Source: the human T2T-CHM13v2.0 reference genome, Homo sapiens. Taken from it: 64,000 nucleotides of DNA. The notes under the pieces are model-generated. The model had not been told where the DNA came from. It saw only the letters and a list, made by a program, of their open reading frames with translations, and made no database searches. The position numbers and the translations under genes were made by a program. The DNA lies in assembly GCF_009914755.1 (NCBI RefSeq), contig NC_060927.1; one strand, 5' to 3'. This document shows, piece after piece, positions 29,258 to 49,089 of the stretch. Within the stretch, counting starts at the first letter, position 1; each line of letters starts with the position of its first letter.

Positions 29258-29612
29258 TGTTGTGTACTGAATGTTTCATATGTTGAAATTCTAACCCCCA
29301 CTGTGATAGTATTAGGAGGTAGCATCTTTAGGAGGTAATTATGTCAGGGCAGTGGAGCCTTCTAGAATAAGACAAGTGTTCTTATAAAAAGAGACATGAG
29401 CGAGCTTGCTTCCTCTCATTGCTCTCCGCCATGTGAGGATACAGCAAGACAATGGCCATCTGCAAAGCAGCAAGAGAGCTCTCACTAGAACCCAACCATG
29501 CTGGCACCATGGTCTCAGATTTGTCAGCTTCCAGAATTGAAGGAATTAAGTTGCTGTTCTTCCAGCCACCTAGAAAATGGTATTTTTGTTACAATGGCTT
29601 GAGCTGACCAAG
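29258..29612 (+). mobile_element. MLT1A-like solo LTR, nested in an older MLT1 (~28880-29690) that itself lies within L2
   Basis: CATATGTTGAAATTCTAACCCCCACTGTGATAGTATTAGGAGGT...GCCATGTGAGGATACAGCAAG. Confidence 0.8.
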
Positions 29613-29799
29613 GCACTGCCTTTAGACGCCATTGGTATAGTCAGGGTCTGTGAATGCGAGGGGTATATGGGTGTGATACCAACTACATCTTCTACACTGT
29701 CCAAGGTAGAATCCTTTCTTGGGACTTCTCCCTTTCAGTTAAAATGTCACCCCCATTCATCAAGTTGCTCGGGTAAAAACATATTATCATATTTGATTC

Positions 29800-30159
29800 T
29801 GTATTAGTCTGTTCTCATACTGCTATGAAGAAATACCCGAGGCTGGATAATAAGGAAAAGGAGGTTTAGTGGACTCACAGTTCCAAATGGCTGAGGAGGC
29901 CATGCAATCATGGAGGAAGGCAAAGGAGAAGCAAAGGCACGTCTTACATGGTGGCAGGCAAGACAGCATGTGCAGGGGAATTGCCCTTTTAAAAAACCAT
30001 CAGTTCTCATGAGACTCATTCACTATCACAAGAATAGCACAGGAAAAACCTGCCCCATGATTCAATTACCTCTGATCAGCTCCCTCCCATGACACATGGG
30101 GATTCTGGGAGCTAAAATTCAAAATGAGATTTGAGTGGGGACACAGTCAAACCATATAA
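29800..30159 (-). mobile_element. MST/THE1-type MaLR solo LTR with TSD
   Basis: TGTATTAGTCTGTTCTCATACTGCTATGAAG...GGGGACACAGTCAAACCATA. 5-bp TSD GATTC at 29795-29799 and 30160-30164. Confidence 0.92.
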
Positions 30160-30164
30160 GATTC

Positions 30165-30960
30165 CTCTTCTCTTTACCATCCACATCCAAATCCATCTGT
30201 CAGGTTTGGGCAACTCTGTTCTGAGTTACTCTTCTCTCTTTGACCACTCCCAAACACCTCTACAGGTACCACCTTAGCTCAATCCATATCGTCTTTCATT
30301 TGGATCACTGTTACATAGCCTTTTCTAACTCGTCTCTCTCTTTAATTTTATACCAAGAGTGTATTTTTTTAAATCCGCATTTTGAAATACACATTTATTT
30401 TTTAAATGTAAGTCAGACATGTCCTTCCCATTGTTGAAATCCTCCAGTGTTTTCCAGATTCCCATCACACTTAGAGTAAAATTTGAACTCTACTATGGCA
30501 TATTAAGTCCTATGTGGCCCTGTCTCCCAGACTTCACTGCCTACCTCTTTTTCTCACACTTGATATGTTCAAGCCATGTCGGCCACCTGGCTACCCTTTG
30601 AACACACTAAGCCCCTTTTTCCCATAAGCACTTTATATTTGATGCTTCTCTCTCTTCAGATTTTTGCATAGATGCCTCCTTGTCATTATTCATATCTGTT
30701 TCAATAGTAACTCTTCAGAGAGGCATTTTCTAAATGCTGTCTCTAAAACATCCTCCTCACACACAGATACCCTAGTACTTCTCTTGCTTTATTTTCTTCA
30801 TAGTACTTGTTAGCTGAAATTATGATATTTACCCACCTTTTTCTTTGTTTTTTCTCCTCCACCAAAGTATAATTTTCATGAGGACATAGACTTTATCTAT
30901 CTCATCCAATGCTATATTCACAGCATCCCAGTATGGGCACATGGAGATAGTCAATTAAGA
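30165..30960 (+). mobile_element. L2 remnant
   Basis: CCACATCCAAATCCATC...GTAAGTCAGACATGTC...CCCATCACACTTAGAGTAAAAT...TTTCATGAGGACATAGACTTT. Confidence 0.75.
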
Positions 30961-30971
30961 TTTACTGCATG

Positions 30972-31273
<302 letters not shown>

Positions 31274-32364
31274 ATATTTACTGCAAAGAATCAAAGAAGA
31301 AATATTATTTTCCGCTACAGCAGCTGGTAAAAGCTGGTTCCTCTGACTCTAATCTATGCTCCCATCTTGTGTCCCACTTTTTTTCCCCCTGTTTCTTCTA
31401 CTTATTCTTCAGATGTCAGCTCAAACATTTCCTCGGAGAGGTCTCCCCCACCTCAACCGTTCCCACTCTCCAAAGTAGGTCAGCATCTCTCTCAATTAGA
31501 CATTTTTTCAGGGTTCTATGTACCTTTCCTTCATTCAAGCATTTATCATTGCTTATAACTGTAATTGATTCAGGTGATGATTTAATTAAAATCTGTCTCT
31601 TCTTTTAAATCATAAGCTCCATGAGTATATGGAGAAAGTCTGATCTTGTTTATTATATATCTCAGCACTTAGAAAAGTGGCTGGCCCATTTTGGGGCTTT
31701 AGTAAACATTTTTTGAATAAACAAAGTGATAAGAGAGACATGCTGAAGGTGGAATGGGCTTAAGTTTTATTAAAAGATATGAGTTTTGACCTTGGGCTTC
31801 AAAGAATTAAGGAAATATTTAAACAGTATATTCAAAACATATTTATGCACAAACATTCACAAAGAAGCTATAGTAAGGCCCACACATAAACACATTGTCA
31901 AATCAAAGAACACTTTCTCACTTTGTTCCCTTGTATAATTTTCCATACATTGAAAAATCATTACCTGAGAATATGAACGCAGCCTGTTATGTCTTATTGA
32001 GTTTCCTTCTGTAGAAATTTGTTGACCTATACAAAAGCAACACACAAATCTCCTTTCCTGCACCATGTTTTGAATCGCGGGTATAGACTCTTATTGACTC
32101 CAAGTCAATGAGATGCAGGCTCAGAAGATCATTTCCGTCATATAATTCTTTTTTTATTATTATTATACTTTAAGTTCTAGGGTACATGTGCACAATGTGC
32201 AGGTGTGTTGCATATGTATACATGTGCCATGCTGGTGTGCTGCACCCATTAACTCGTCATTTACATTAGGTGTATCTCCTAATGCAATCCCCTCCCCCTC
32301 CCTCACCCCAAAACAGGCCCCAGTGTGTGATGTTCCCCTTCCTGTGTCCAGGTGTTCTCATTGT

Positions 32365-36194
<3,830 letters not shown>

Positions 36195-36257
36195 TATGAT
36201 GTTAGCTGGTTATTTTGCTCGTTAGTTGATGCAGTTCCTTCCTAGCCTCGATGGTCT

Positions 36258-37273
36258 TTACAATTTGGCATGTTTTTGCAGTGGCTGGTACCAGTTTTTC
36301 CTTTCCATGTTTAGTGCTTCCTTCAGGAGCTCTTGTAGGGCAGGCCTGGTGGTGACAAAATCTCTCAGCATTTGCTTGTCTGTAAAGGATTTTATTTCTC
36401 CTTCACTTATGAAGCTTAGTTTGGCTGGATATGAAATTCTAGGTTGGAAATTCTTTTCTTTAACGTTTTTGAATATTGGACCCCACTCTCTTCTGGCTTG
36501 TAGAGTTTCTGCTGAGAGATCAGCTATTAGTCTGACGGGCTTCCCTTTGTGGGTAACGCGACCTTTCTTTCTGGCTGTGCTTAACATTTTTTCCTTCATT
36601 TCAACTTTGGTGACTCTGACAGTTATGCGTCTTGGAGTTGCTCTTCTCGAGGAGTATCTTTGTGGTGTTCTCTGTATTTCCGGAATCTGAATGTTGGCCT
36701 GCCTTGCTGGATTGGGGAAGTTCTCCTGGGTAATATCCTGCAGAGTGTTTTCCAACTTGATTCTCTTCTCCCCGTCACTTTCAGGTACACCAGTTAGATG
36801 TAGATTTGGCCTTTTCACATAGTCCCATATTTCTTGGAGGCTTTGTTCATTTATTTTTATTCTTTTTTCTCTAAACTTCTCTTCTCACTTCATTTCATTC
36901 ATTTGATCTTCAATCACTGATACCCCTTCTTCCAGTTGATCGAATCAGCTACTGAAGCTGTGCATTCGTCACATAGTTCTCATGCCATGGTGTTCAGCTC
37001 CATCAGGTCATTTAAGGACTTCTCTACATTGGTTATTCCAGTTAGCCATTTTTTTAATCTTTTTTCAAGGTTTTTATCTTCTTTGCAATGGGTTCCAACT
37101 TCCTCCTTTAGCTCGGAGTAGTTTGATCATCTGAAGACTTCTTCTCTCAACTCCTCAAAGTCATTCTCCATCCAGCTTTGTTCCATTGCTGGTGAGGCAC
37201 TGCATTCCTTTGGAGGAGGATAGACCTTCTGATTTTTAGAATTTTCAGTTTTTCTGCTCTGTTTTTTCCCCAT
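36258..37273 (-). pseudogene. L1 ORF1, disrupted
   Basis: ATGGGGAAAAAACAG start at 37273. Only the C-terminal 186 aa are open (KRPNL...REWG...YPAKLS...). Confidence 0.93.
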
Positions 37274-38280
37274 CTTTGTGGTTTTATCTACCTTTGGTCT
37301 TTGATGATGGTGATGTACAGATGGGGTTTTGGTGTGGATGTCCTTTCTGTTTGTTAGTTTTCCTTCTAACGGCCAGGACCCTCAGCTGCAGGTCTGTTAG
37401 AGTTTGCTGGAGGTCCACACCAGACCCTGTTTGCCTGAGTATCAGCAGCAGAAGCTGCAGAATAGCGAATATTGCTGAACAGCAAATGTTGCTGCCTGAT
37501 CTTTCCTCTGGAAGTTTCATCTCAGAGGGGTACCCAGCCATGTGAGGTGTCAGTCTGCCCCTACTAGGGGGTGCCTCCCAGATAGGCTACTCGGGGGTCA
37601 GGGACCCACTTGAGGAGGCAGTCTGTCCGTTCTCAGATCTCAAACTCCATGCTGGGAGAACCACTACTCTCTTCAAAGCTGTCAGACAGGGACATTTAAG
37701 TCTGCAGAGGTTTCTGCTGCCTTTTGTTTGGCTATGCCCTGCCCCCAGAGGTGGAGTCTACAGAGGCAGGCAGGCCTCCTTGAGCTGCAGTAGGCTCCAC
37801 CCAGTTCAAGCTTCCGGCGGCTTTGTTTACCTACTGAAGCCTCAGCAATTGCGAGCGCCCCGCCTTGCAGTTCGATCTCCAGCTGCTGTGCTAGCAATGA
37901 GCGAGACTCTGTGGGCGTGGGACCCTCTGAGCCAGGCACAGGATACAATCCCCTGGTGTGCCATTTGCTAAGACCATTGGAAAAGCGCAGCATTAGGGTG
38001 AGAGTGATCCAATTTTCCAGGTGCTGTCTGTCGCAGATTTGCTTGGCTAGGAAAGGGAATTCCCTGACCCCTTGCGCTTCCCAGGTGAGGCAATGCCTCA
38101 CCCTGCTTTCGCTCATGCTCGATGCGCTGCACCCATTGTCCTGTACCCACTGTGTGACAAGCCCCAGTGAGATAACCCAGTACCTCAGTTGGAAATGCAG
38201 AAATCACCCATCTTCTGCGTCGCTCACTCTGGGAGCTGTAGACTGGAGCTGTTCCTATTTGGCCATCTTGGAACCCCCTG
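37274..38280 (-). promoter_or_regulatory. L1 5'UTR: sense and antisense promoter region with YY1 site
   Basis: YY1 motif CAAGATGGCC (plus strand GGCCATCTTG, 38261-38270). Many CpGs have decayed. Confidence 0.8.
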
Positions 38281-38737
38281 TCTGTCATGTAATTCTTAAG
38301 AGGCAATATTGTCTCATTCCACTGAATTAACAAGAAAGACTGGAGACGAGTCCATTTGGAAAACCGGAACCAAGTAAAGGAAGAGACTAGAAAGATGGAG
38401 CAAAGCATAGTCGTGTAAGAGGAGTTAGAAGAAAACTTAAAAGATACTTTCCAAGAACAGAGTACTTGCAGTTACATCAACATATATGCATACTCTAGGA
38501 CACTGAAGCACACAGTTTTAAACATAGCCCTTCCTTAATTAAGAATTTGTACTGGAATTAGTAAAAAGTTTTTAAATGAAAAAATACAATACATGATATG
38601 ATACATCAAGGCAGACACTCATAAATTTCTATGAGAATTGGCAAAAAGTTTCTAAAAATTATTATCCATATTTATGATGAATCTTAAAAATATTCCTGCC
38701 TTATATCACAATCATTTTTTAAAAAGTTATCATAAGG

Positions 38738-38913
38738 AGCCTGGGCAACATGGCGAAACCCAGTTACAGTCATGTGCACCTGTAGTACCAGCTACTCAGG
38801 AGGTTGAGGTGAGAAGATCTTGAGCCCAGGAGACAGAGGTTGCAGTGAGCCAAGATCACATCACTGCACTTCAGCCTTGGTGACAGAGCAAGAGCCAGTC
38901 TCAAAAAAAAAAA
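38738..38913 (+). mobile_element. Partial Alu (AluJ-like) with internal deletion
   Basis: AGCCTGGGCAACATGGCGAAACCC joined to the right arm CACCTGTAGTACCAGCTACTC... and an A tail. Confidence 0.88.
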
Positions 38914-39824
38914 ATTAAGGAAATGTTTATAAATATGGACAAAGATTTTTTTGCTCAGAAATATTCCTTTCAGAATCTTATAATAGTTAAAGATAAGGAC
39001 CAACTTAAATGCCTAACAACAGAACAATAGTTAAACAATTCATAACAAACTAGGTAGTGTTTGCAATACAACCATTATAAATCATAATTTCAAAGACTAT
39101 TTAATAGTATAGGAAAATATCTCCAAGTATAATGTTAAGGGTAAGGCAATATTGTAAAAAATCTTTTTATAAAGTATAATCCTCATTTTGAAAACATATA
39201 TTTTAATATGTCCTAGTTACAACTAGTAACATCAGAATAAATATTGGCTTTAAATAACCAATATAACCGTACTTATTATCAGACTGAATATTTTCCCTGG
39301 ACAAGCCTATAAAAATAGAGAAAATTGTGTTCCTTTATATTTTTATTGGTTTACCAAAAATGGGGATTGCACAGAATGTAGGAGCAAGGTTAAAGTGAAC
39401 TTTGACAGCAGAATGATGGAACCAGGGATCTACAAGTTCATTCTCTCCTTATTTTGTTTAATTCTCATTGTTTTGCTCTGCACATATATTCTGGTTCCTT
39501 CTCTCTCCCTTTAGATCAAGTTTTCTACTTCTATCTACATGGCAGGAAATAAGGATACAGACAGCTCCCAATTTTAATCTATTAGACTTTCAGGCACTGA
39601 AAACATATTCAGTCTTTCTCTTGGTCATAATTCAAAATTGTTCTAATTTGTGTAAGTTGCATTGTCTTGGGACAATGCAAATGCAGACACATACGATGAA
39701 TGCCAAGGTCTTACCCCTGTGACCATGCAGAGGAGCCCTTACCAGAGGAAAACAGAAGCCAATATGAACTGAGGAGATACTTCAGTAAGTGTCTCTGGCA
39801 TAAGGACTCCATGATGTTAACTGC

Positions 39825-40350
39825 GTTATCAGGTAGGATGTTTCAATGACAAGTAACAGATATTATAATTCAAAGTGGCTTAAACCATAAAAGGACTTTA
39901 TTCACGCTCATAATAAAAAAACCTCTAGAGGTGAGGTTTGTTTCAAACGGGGTTTCACTGAGCATCCAAATGTAAAGACTAGGACCACTTTTTGTCCACT
40001 TTTCTCTATTCCTTGGCTGTTTTTTGTGTGTTTGTTTGTTTTGTTTTGTTATCTCCTTATCTATCTCCTGTCATAGTACCAAGGTGGTTGCCAGTGGTTT
40101 CTAGGACTGCATGCTTCCTTATTCATGTCCAAGGAGAAAGGGAAATGTTCTTCCCAATCATTAAGCAAAAATTCTGAGCATTAATCTAATTGGACCAACT
40201 TAGATCATATGCCTATCTCTGAACCAATCATTGTAATCATGTATATGGAACTAAACTGAAGTCTTGAACACCTGCCCGATCCATAGAGGCACAGGAGAAT
40301 TCAGCTTTCCCTGAAATACATGGGCCACACGGAGAGGATAAATACCTTTG
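39825..40350. mobile_element. Old MLT1 (J/K-like) LTR
   Basis: CAAGTAACAGA...AAAGTGGCTTAAACCATAAAAGG...ATTGGACCAACTTAGATCATATGCCTATCTCTGAACCAATCA. Confidence 0.7.
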
Positions 40351-42399
40351 CAAACAATAGAAAATGGATCTTAGGTCACTCAAAACAGAAAATATCCACT
40401 GTAATGTTTTTATTATTAAATATTGGTACAAAGGGTGGTTAGATTTTTGCATAGCTTACACTCATTTCTAGATTTTCTAACATGAATATTTGTTACTTCT
40501 TTGGTCACACACTCCTCAAAACTAAAAACATTAGTGTGATTTTTAAAACGATTTTTTATTCCCCATAGAACAAAATCATAATTTTATACATAGCCTGTAT
40601 CCTTCCTCTCTGTGCTCCAGCCTCACCAACACACACTACTCCGCTTCCAATATTCTCATCTTTTATACCCCCATGAGTTTGTTTTTCCTGTTCTTCTGAT
40701 TAGAATTTGCACCCTGCCTCCATCCCTCACTTCTCCCATTTAATCTATCTTAAGCATTACCTGTTTTGAAATCTTTCTGAGCTGTTTCCCTACCCTCTCC
40801 CTCACAGGCAGAATTTCCCTATTCAAACCAGTAGTTTGATACATCTCCTTTTATTTCTAGTTGCATATATCCTAATATCATTTTGTGATTAGGGACTACT
40901 TTTATACAATTCCTAACATGATGCCATAGTACTACTGAAAATATGTATGACTTTCCAAAACACTTTCTAACTTTTGACAAAATTAACCTTTTTTTTAAAT
41001 AGTCTCAGAGATTCTTCAATATTAACCAGGTATGCAAGTCTCCACCATATGATTGAAATAATTTAAAATGCATGAAACTAAATAGTTTCTGTCTTGTATG
41101 AATGTGCTTTGCACTTACAGTTGCAACACTGGTTCCAAACTATGTACTCTAATTACCAGAAATTCTTTAAATATTTGGCATATAAAGAATTTAACATAAA
41201 TAGCACAGACTCTACACCATTCTGCATCAATCAAGGTAGTTTAAATTTCTCAATATGCCATTACTATTTGGGCCACTCCATGATTATGGAATCCCCAGTG
41301 ATGACACTTGGGAATCCTCATGTACCTCCTGGATTATTTATCTCCCGTCCTCAAGGTTAATTCACATGAAACAATTTCTCTTGTTAAATGCCAATTTTGC
41401 CCTAAGGTATGAATGTTTAATCCTCATGAAGGTAGTGGGAGTTACATGTGTGCACTGGTTACAGTCCCTTAACTAATTAGTGGTGAGAGGATGTTAATAA
41501 GAGAGTGATTTGTATAATACTAAGGAACTGCCAAATAAAGTAAAATCTAATTTAGACTGACTGGTGGAAAGCCAGACTTATCTGGTTAAAAAAAAAAGTA
41601 AGAATTATAGGATATTTTTAAAGAAATTGTATATCATAACTTTCCAACATATTTGGTAATTCAAAGTACTTCTCAAGCTTTAACGGAACAGAGCGCAAAA
41701 AATGCTGCCAAGTAGAGAAGCTTTAGAAAACACCTTTAAATGAATACATAATAATGATTATCATTATATAACGTTTTTCAAGATAAATTATATTTTTTAA
41801 GTTTGAGACATTTTAAATGAACCTATTGTCATCCTGCATAATTTTACTTACATTATTGCAGTGCCTAAAAAGTTCTTCATAGACTTGATGTGAGCAGCTG
41901 TACTTTCTGGGGACACAAAAAGGCAAGCAAGCAGCTCCTAGCTTTTCCCCAGCTAACACACCAGCTAGTGAAATAAGGCATATAAATATGCTAAGAGCCC
42001 AGGGGGAGTTAGTTGCTCCCTCCCTCTTTATATACAATACACAGTTACAGAGTTTTTACAATATTCCAGTCACTGTTCTAGGCACTGGAATGCAAATCAT
42101 GGGCTTTATAAACCAAGTTAGTCTAGATTTGATTAGAAGTATCATGGAAAACCACTAGACAGTTTTAATGGTCAAAAGTTGATTTAATTTCTGCAAGTGA
42201 AGTAGGTTAGACCCAAGGTGCAGAAGATTGAATTAATCATATGTCCCAGACCATCACACCATCATCATGGCCTGTATAAGGCCCCTTTCTCTTCATTTAT
42301 ATTTACCTTCCCTTTACCTGCAGAACTCACTTCCATCCTACCCCAGGTCATTGTGCTAACTCATTTGATGCCCTTCTTTCATTTGTATGTGTTCCTGTA

Positions 42400-43190
42400 A
42401 AGCATGCATTGTCAATTTTATTTACACTTTTGATGCACATAGAGTGCTATGCTACATAACTCCTTTAGACTTTCTTTTCACTCAGCACTATTTTCTTAGC
42501 ATTTGCCAGTTTGCATGAACCTTTGGTAACCAATCATGTAACAACTAGATTGCTTCCAACTCCCCACTATCATAAAGTTAAGGGAAACATTCTCATACAT
42601 GATTCTTTATTAATCTGAGTGAGAATACTTTTGTGTATACACCTAGGAAAGCAATTGTCCAGTGATGGAGAATAAACATGATTAATTTAACTAAGAATTC
42701 CAGAAGAATATATGAAGGCTCCTACATTCCAGATTCCTGCTAATAGTTTGCATTATCCTGCTGTGTGATTTTGTCAATATGATGGGTATAAATTGACATC
42801 TCATTATTGTCTTAATTAGCATTTTTCTGAATATTGATGAATCTTCATGTATGTTTGTTAGGTTTATGAGTTTCTAGTATTTTGTTCTATTCATTCATAT
42901 CCTTTGCCTCTGTTTCCATTGCTATTCCTGTTTCTTAACTTGCAAAAATTCCACTTATATATCTAGATATTAGTCTCTTATTAGTTTTTCACATTAAAAA
43001 TGCCTTTTCTCAGTCTGTGGCTTCTCTGTTAACTTTTTCCATTGTACTTTCCATTTGAACAAAGGTTTTGATTTTGTTATAATAAAATTTGTCAATTTTT
43101 TGTTTATGGCTGTGCTTTGGGGTATTTATTTTAGAAATCCTTCCTCATTCTAGGCCCTAAAATTATTCTCATATATTTTTTCTAATCATT
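42400..43190 (-). mobile_element. Old L1M remnant
   Basis: TGTATACACCTAGGAAAGCAATTG...CTCATTATTGTCTTAATTAGCATTTTTCTGA...ATCTAGATATTAGTC. Confidence 0.7.
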
Positions 43191-43195
43191 TCATG

Positions 43196-45770
<2,575 letters not shown>

Positions 45771-45938
45771 ACTGGGACTACAGGCATGCGCCACCATGCC
45801 CCGCTAATTTTTGCATTTTTAGTAGAGACGGGGTTTCACCATGTTGGCCAGGATGGTCTCGATCTCTTGACATTGTGATCCGCCCACCTCGGGCTCCTAA
45901 AGTGTTCGGATTACAGGTGTGAGCCCCTGCCCCCAGGC
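45771..45938 (-). mobile_element. Half Alu (AluSc-like) lacking its 3' ~130 bp and tail
   Basis: Begins abruptly at CTGGGACTACAGGC, directly after L1 sequence. Confidence 0.93.
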
Positions 45939-45939
45939 A

Positions 45940-46045
45940 ATAAATTATATTATTAAAATTAATTTCACCTGTTCTTTTTAATCAAAGTTAGAAAATTTTA
46001 AATTACATTTCTGATGTACATTGCATTTCTATTGGACAGCATTGA
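45940..46045. mobile_element. MER3/MER33-like hAT fragment (one end only)
   Basis: TATTATTAAAATTAATTTCACCTGTT...ATTTCTATTGGACAGCATTG. Confidence 0.65.
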
Positions 46046-46079
46046 TATAGATTATTATAACACCATAAAGTCAGAATTA

Positions 46080-46502
<423 letters not shown>

Positions 46503-46941
46503 TTAATGGTTTCTCATTATGTATGAGGTTTCATGAAAATTTTTGCTATAAGCACGAGCTATAAAGAAAATTCTTTTTGGCTTCTAGTTGGGGTCTTTGG
46601 CATATGTTTTTTCTGCATTCATCAAATTCATCACATCATTTTTCTCCTTCACACTACTGATGTGCTTAATTATAAATATGAATTTTATTATTTCAAACCA
46701 TCATTGTACTATAGGGATAAAATCTATTATATTAGTCAGAATCTCAGTCTATTGGCTCCCATAATCTGATTTGGATCTTAAATAGATCACTTTGGCTGCT
46801 CAGTGGAGATTGGGTTAGAGGTGGAGGGTGAAATCAGTGTGCCTGTGTGTGTTTTTATTCTATTTTGACTGTATAATCTTTCTGGTGTGTTGTCCTTTTG
46901 ATCATTATGAAGCAATCCACTTTATCTCTAGTGATACGTCT

Positions 46942-47212
46942 CTCTTTTTGCAGCATAAATTTTTTAAATTTTTTAATATCCATATGTTATTGGGGAACAG
47001 GTGGTGTTTGGTTACATGAGTAAGTTCTTTAGTGGTGATTTGTGAGATTTTGGTGCACCCATCACCCGAGCAGTATACAGTGCACCCAGTTTGCAGTCTC
47101 TTAGCCTTCACCCCTTCCCACCCTTTCCCCTGAGTCCCCAGTGTTCATTGTGTCATTCTTATGCCTTTGCATCTTCAAAGCTTAGACCCCACTTATGAGT
47201 AAGAACATGCGA
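46942..47212 (-). mobile_element. L1PB-type 3'UTR fragment with TSD
   Basis: GGGGAACAGGTGGTGTTTGGTTACATGAGTAAGTTCTTTAGTGGTG. TSD TCTAGTGATAC(G/T)TCT at 46927-46941 and 47213-47227. Confidence 0.9.
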
Positions 47213-47233
47213 TCTAGTGATACTTCTTTTTTT

Positions 47234-48516
47234 TTTCCGTTATTGTACTTAGGTTCTGGGATACATGTGCAGAACATGCAGGTTTGTTACATAGGTATAC
47301 ACATGCCATGGTGGTTTGATGTACCCATCAACCTGTCATCTACATTAGGTATTTCTCCTAATGCTATCCCTCCCCTTGCCCCTCACCCACCAGCAAGCCC
47401 CAGTGTGTGATATTCCCCTCCCTGTGTCCATGTGTTCTCATTGTTCAACTCCCTCTTAGGAGTGAGAACATGCAGTGTTTGGTTTTCTGTTCCTGTGTTA
47501 GCTTGCTGAGAATGATGGTTTCCAGCTTCATCCATGTCCCTGCAAAGGACATGAACTCATCCTTTTTTATGGCTGCGTAGTATTCCATAGTGTATATATG
47601 CCACATTTTCTTTATCCAGTCTATCATTGATGGGCATTTGGGTTGGGTCCAAGTCTTTGCTATTGTGAATAATGTTGCAATAAACATACATGTGAATGTA
47701 TCTTTATAGTGGAATGACTTATAATCCTTTGGGTATATACCCCATAATGGGAATGCTGGGTCAAATGGTATTTCTAGTTCTAGATCCTTGAGGAATCTCC
47801 ACACTGTCTTCCACAAATAGTTGAACTAATTTACACTCCCACCAACAGTGTAAAAGCCTTCCTACTTCTCCACATCCTCTCCAACATCTGTTGTTTCCTG
47901 GCTTTTTAATGATCACCATTCTAACTGGCATGAGATGGTATCTCATTGTGGTTTTGATTTGCATTTCTCTGATGACCAGCGACAATGAGCATTTTTTCAT
48001 ATGTTTTTTGGCCTCATAAATGTCTTCTTTTGAAAAGTGTCTGTTCATATCCTTTGCCCACTTTTTGATGGAGTTGTTTGTTTGTTTCTTCTAAATTTGT
48101 TTAAGTTCCTTATAGATTCTGGATATTAGCCCTTTGTCAGGTGGATAGACTGCAAAAATTAAATAACATCACACATCTACAGCCATCTGATCTTTAACAA
48201 GCCTGACAACAACAAGCAATGGGGAAAGCGTTCCCTATTTAATAAACGGTGTTGGGAAAACTGGCTAGCCATGTGCAGAAAACTGAAACTGGACCCCTTC
48301 CTTACACCTTATACAAAAATTAAATCAAGATGGATTAAAGATTTAAATGTAAGCCCTAGAATCATAAAAACGCGAGAAGAAAACCTAGGCAATACCATTC
48401 AGGACATGGGCATAGGCAAAGACTTCACGACTAAAACACCAAAAGCAATTGCAACAAAGGCCAAAATTGAGAAATGGGATCTAATCAAACTAAATAGCTT
48501 CCGCAGAGCAAAAGAA
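47234..48516 (-). mobile_element. L1PA7/8-like, 5'-truncated with 5' inversion (twin priming) (L1 #4)
   Basis: Minus segment 47234-48160 and plus segment 48161-48516. TSD ACTTCTTTTTTT at 47222-47233 and 48517-48528. Confidence 0.95.
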
Positions 48517-48658
48517 ACTTCTTTTTTTAAGTACGTTTTGTCCGATTTTCTCTAGGTTTCTCATACTTGCTATTTGCGTTGTGTATCTTTCGTTCTCATT
48601 CACTTTCCATTGGTTTGTACCTTTTTATTTAAAATATATCGCCTGTAGACAGTATAGA

Positions 48659-48733
48659 GTTGGTTTTTGTTTTTCTCCACATCCCCTGTCCACATCCTCT
48701 GTTGGTTTTGTTTTTCTCCACATACTCTGTCCA
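48659..48733. repeat. Imperfect tandem duplication with short templated spacer
   Basis: GTTGGTTTTTGTTTTTCTCCACATCCCCTGTCCA + CATCCTCT + GTTGGTTTTGTTTTTCTCCACATACTCTGTCCA. Confidence 0.85.
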
Positions 48734-49089
48734 AGTCTAACAATCTCTGCCTTTTGCTTGAAATGTTTATTCCACTGACATTTAATGTTATTATTGATAT
48801 GGTTGCATTTTGTAGTTTTGTATTTGTCTCATTTCTGTTTTGCTCCTCTTATTTGTCCTTTGCCATCTTTTGAGTTATTCAGAAATTTTTTAGTTTTCCA
48901 TTTTAGTTTTTTTATTTGCTTCTTAGCGGTATCTCTTTGAATTTTTTAACTGGTTGCTCTACAGACTATATTATGCCTCTAAAATTTATTCCAATCTACT
49001 TAGAGATAATATATTATTATTTAAGGTAAAATATAAAAACTGTAAAATGGTTTTAATTTTCATTTTTATCCTAGAGCACACAGAAGTCT

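Noticed and set aside
31965-32026. Minus-strand exon candidate (GQQISTEGNSIRHNRLRSYSQ)
   Set aside because: The peptide is not recognised, and only generic splice motifs support it.
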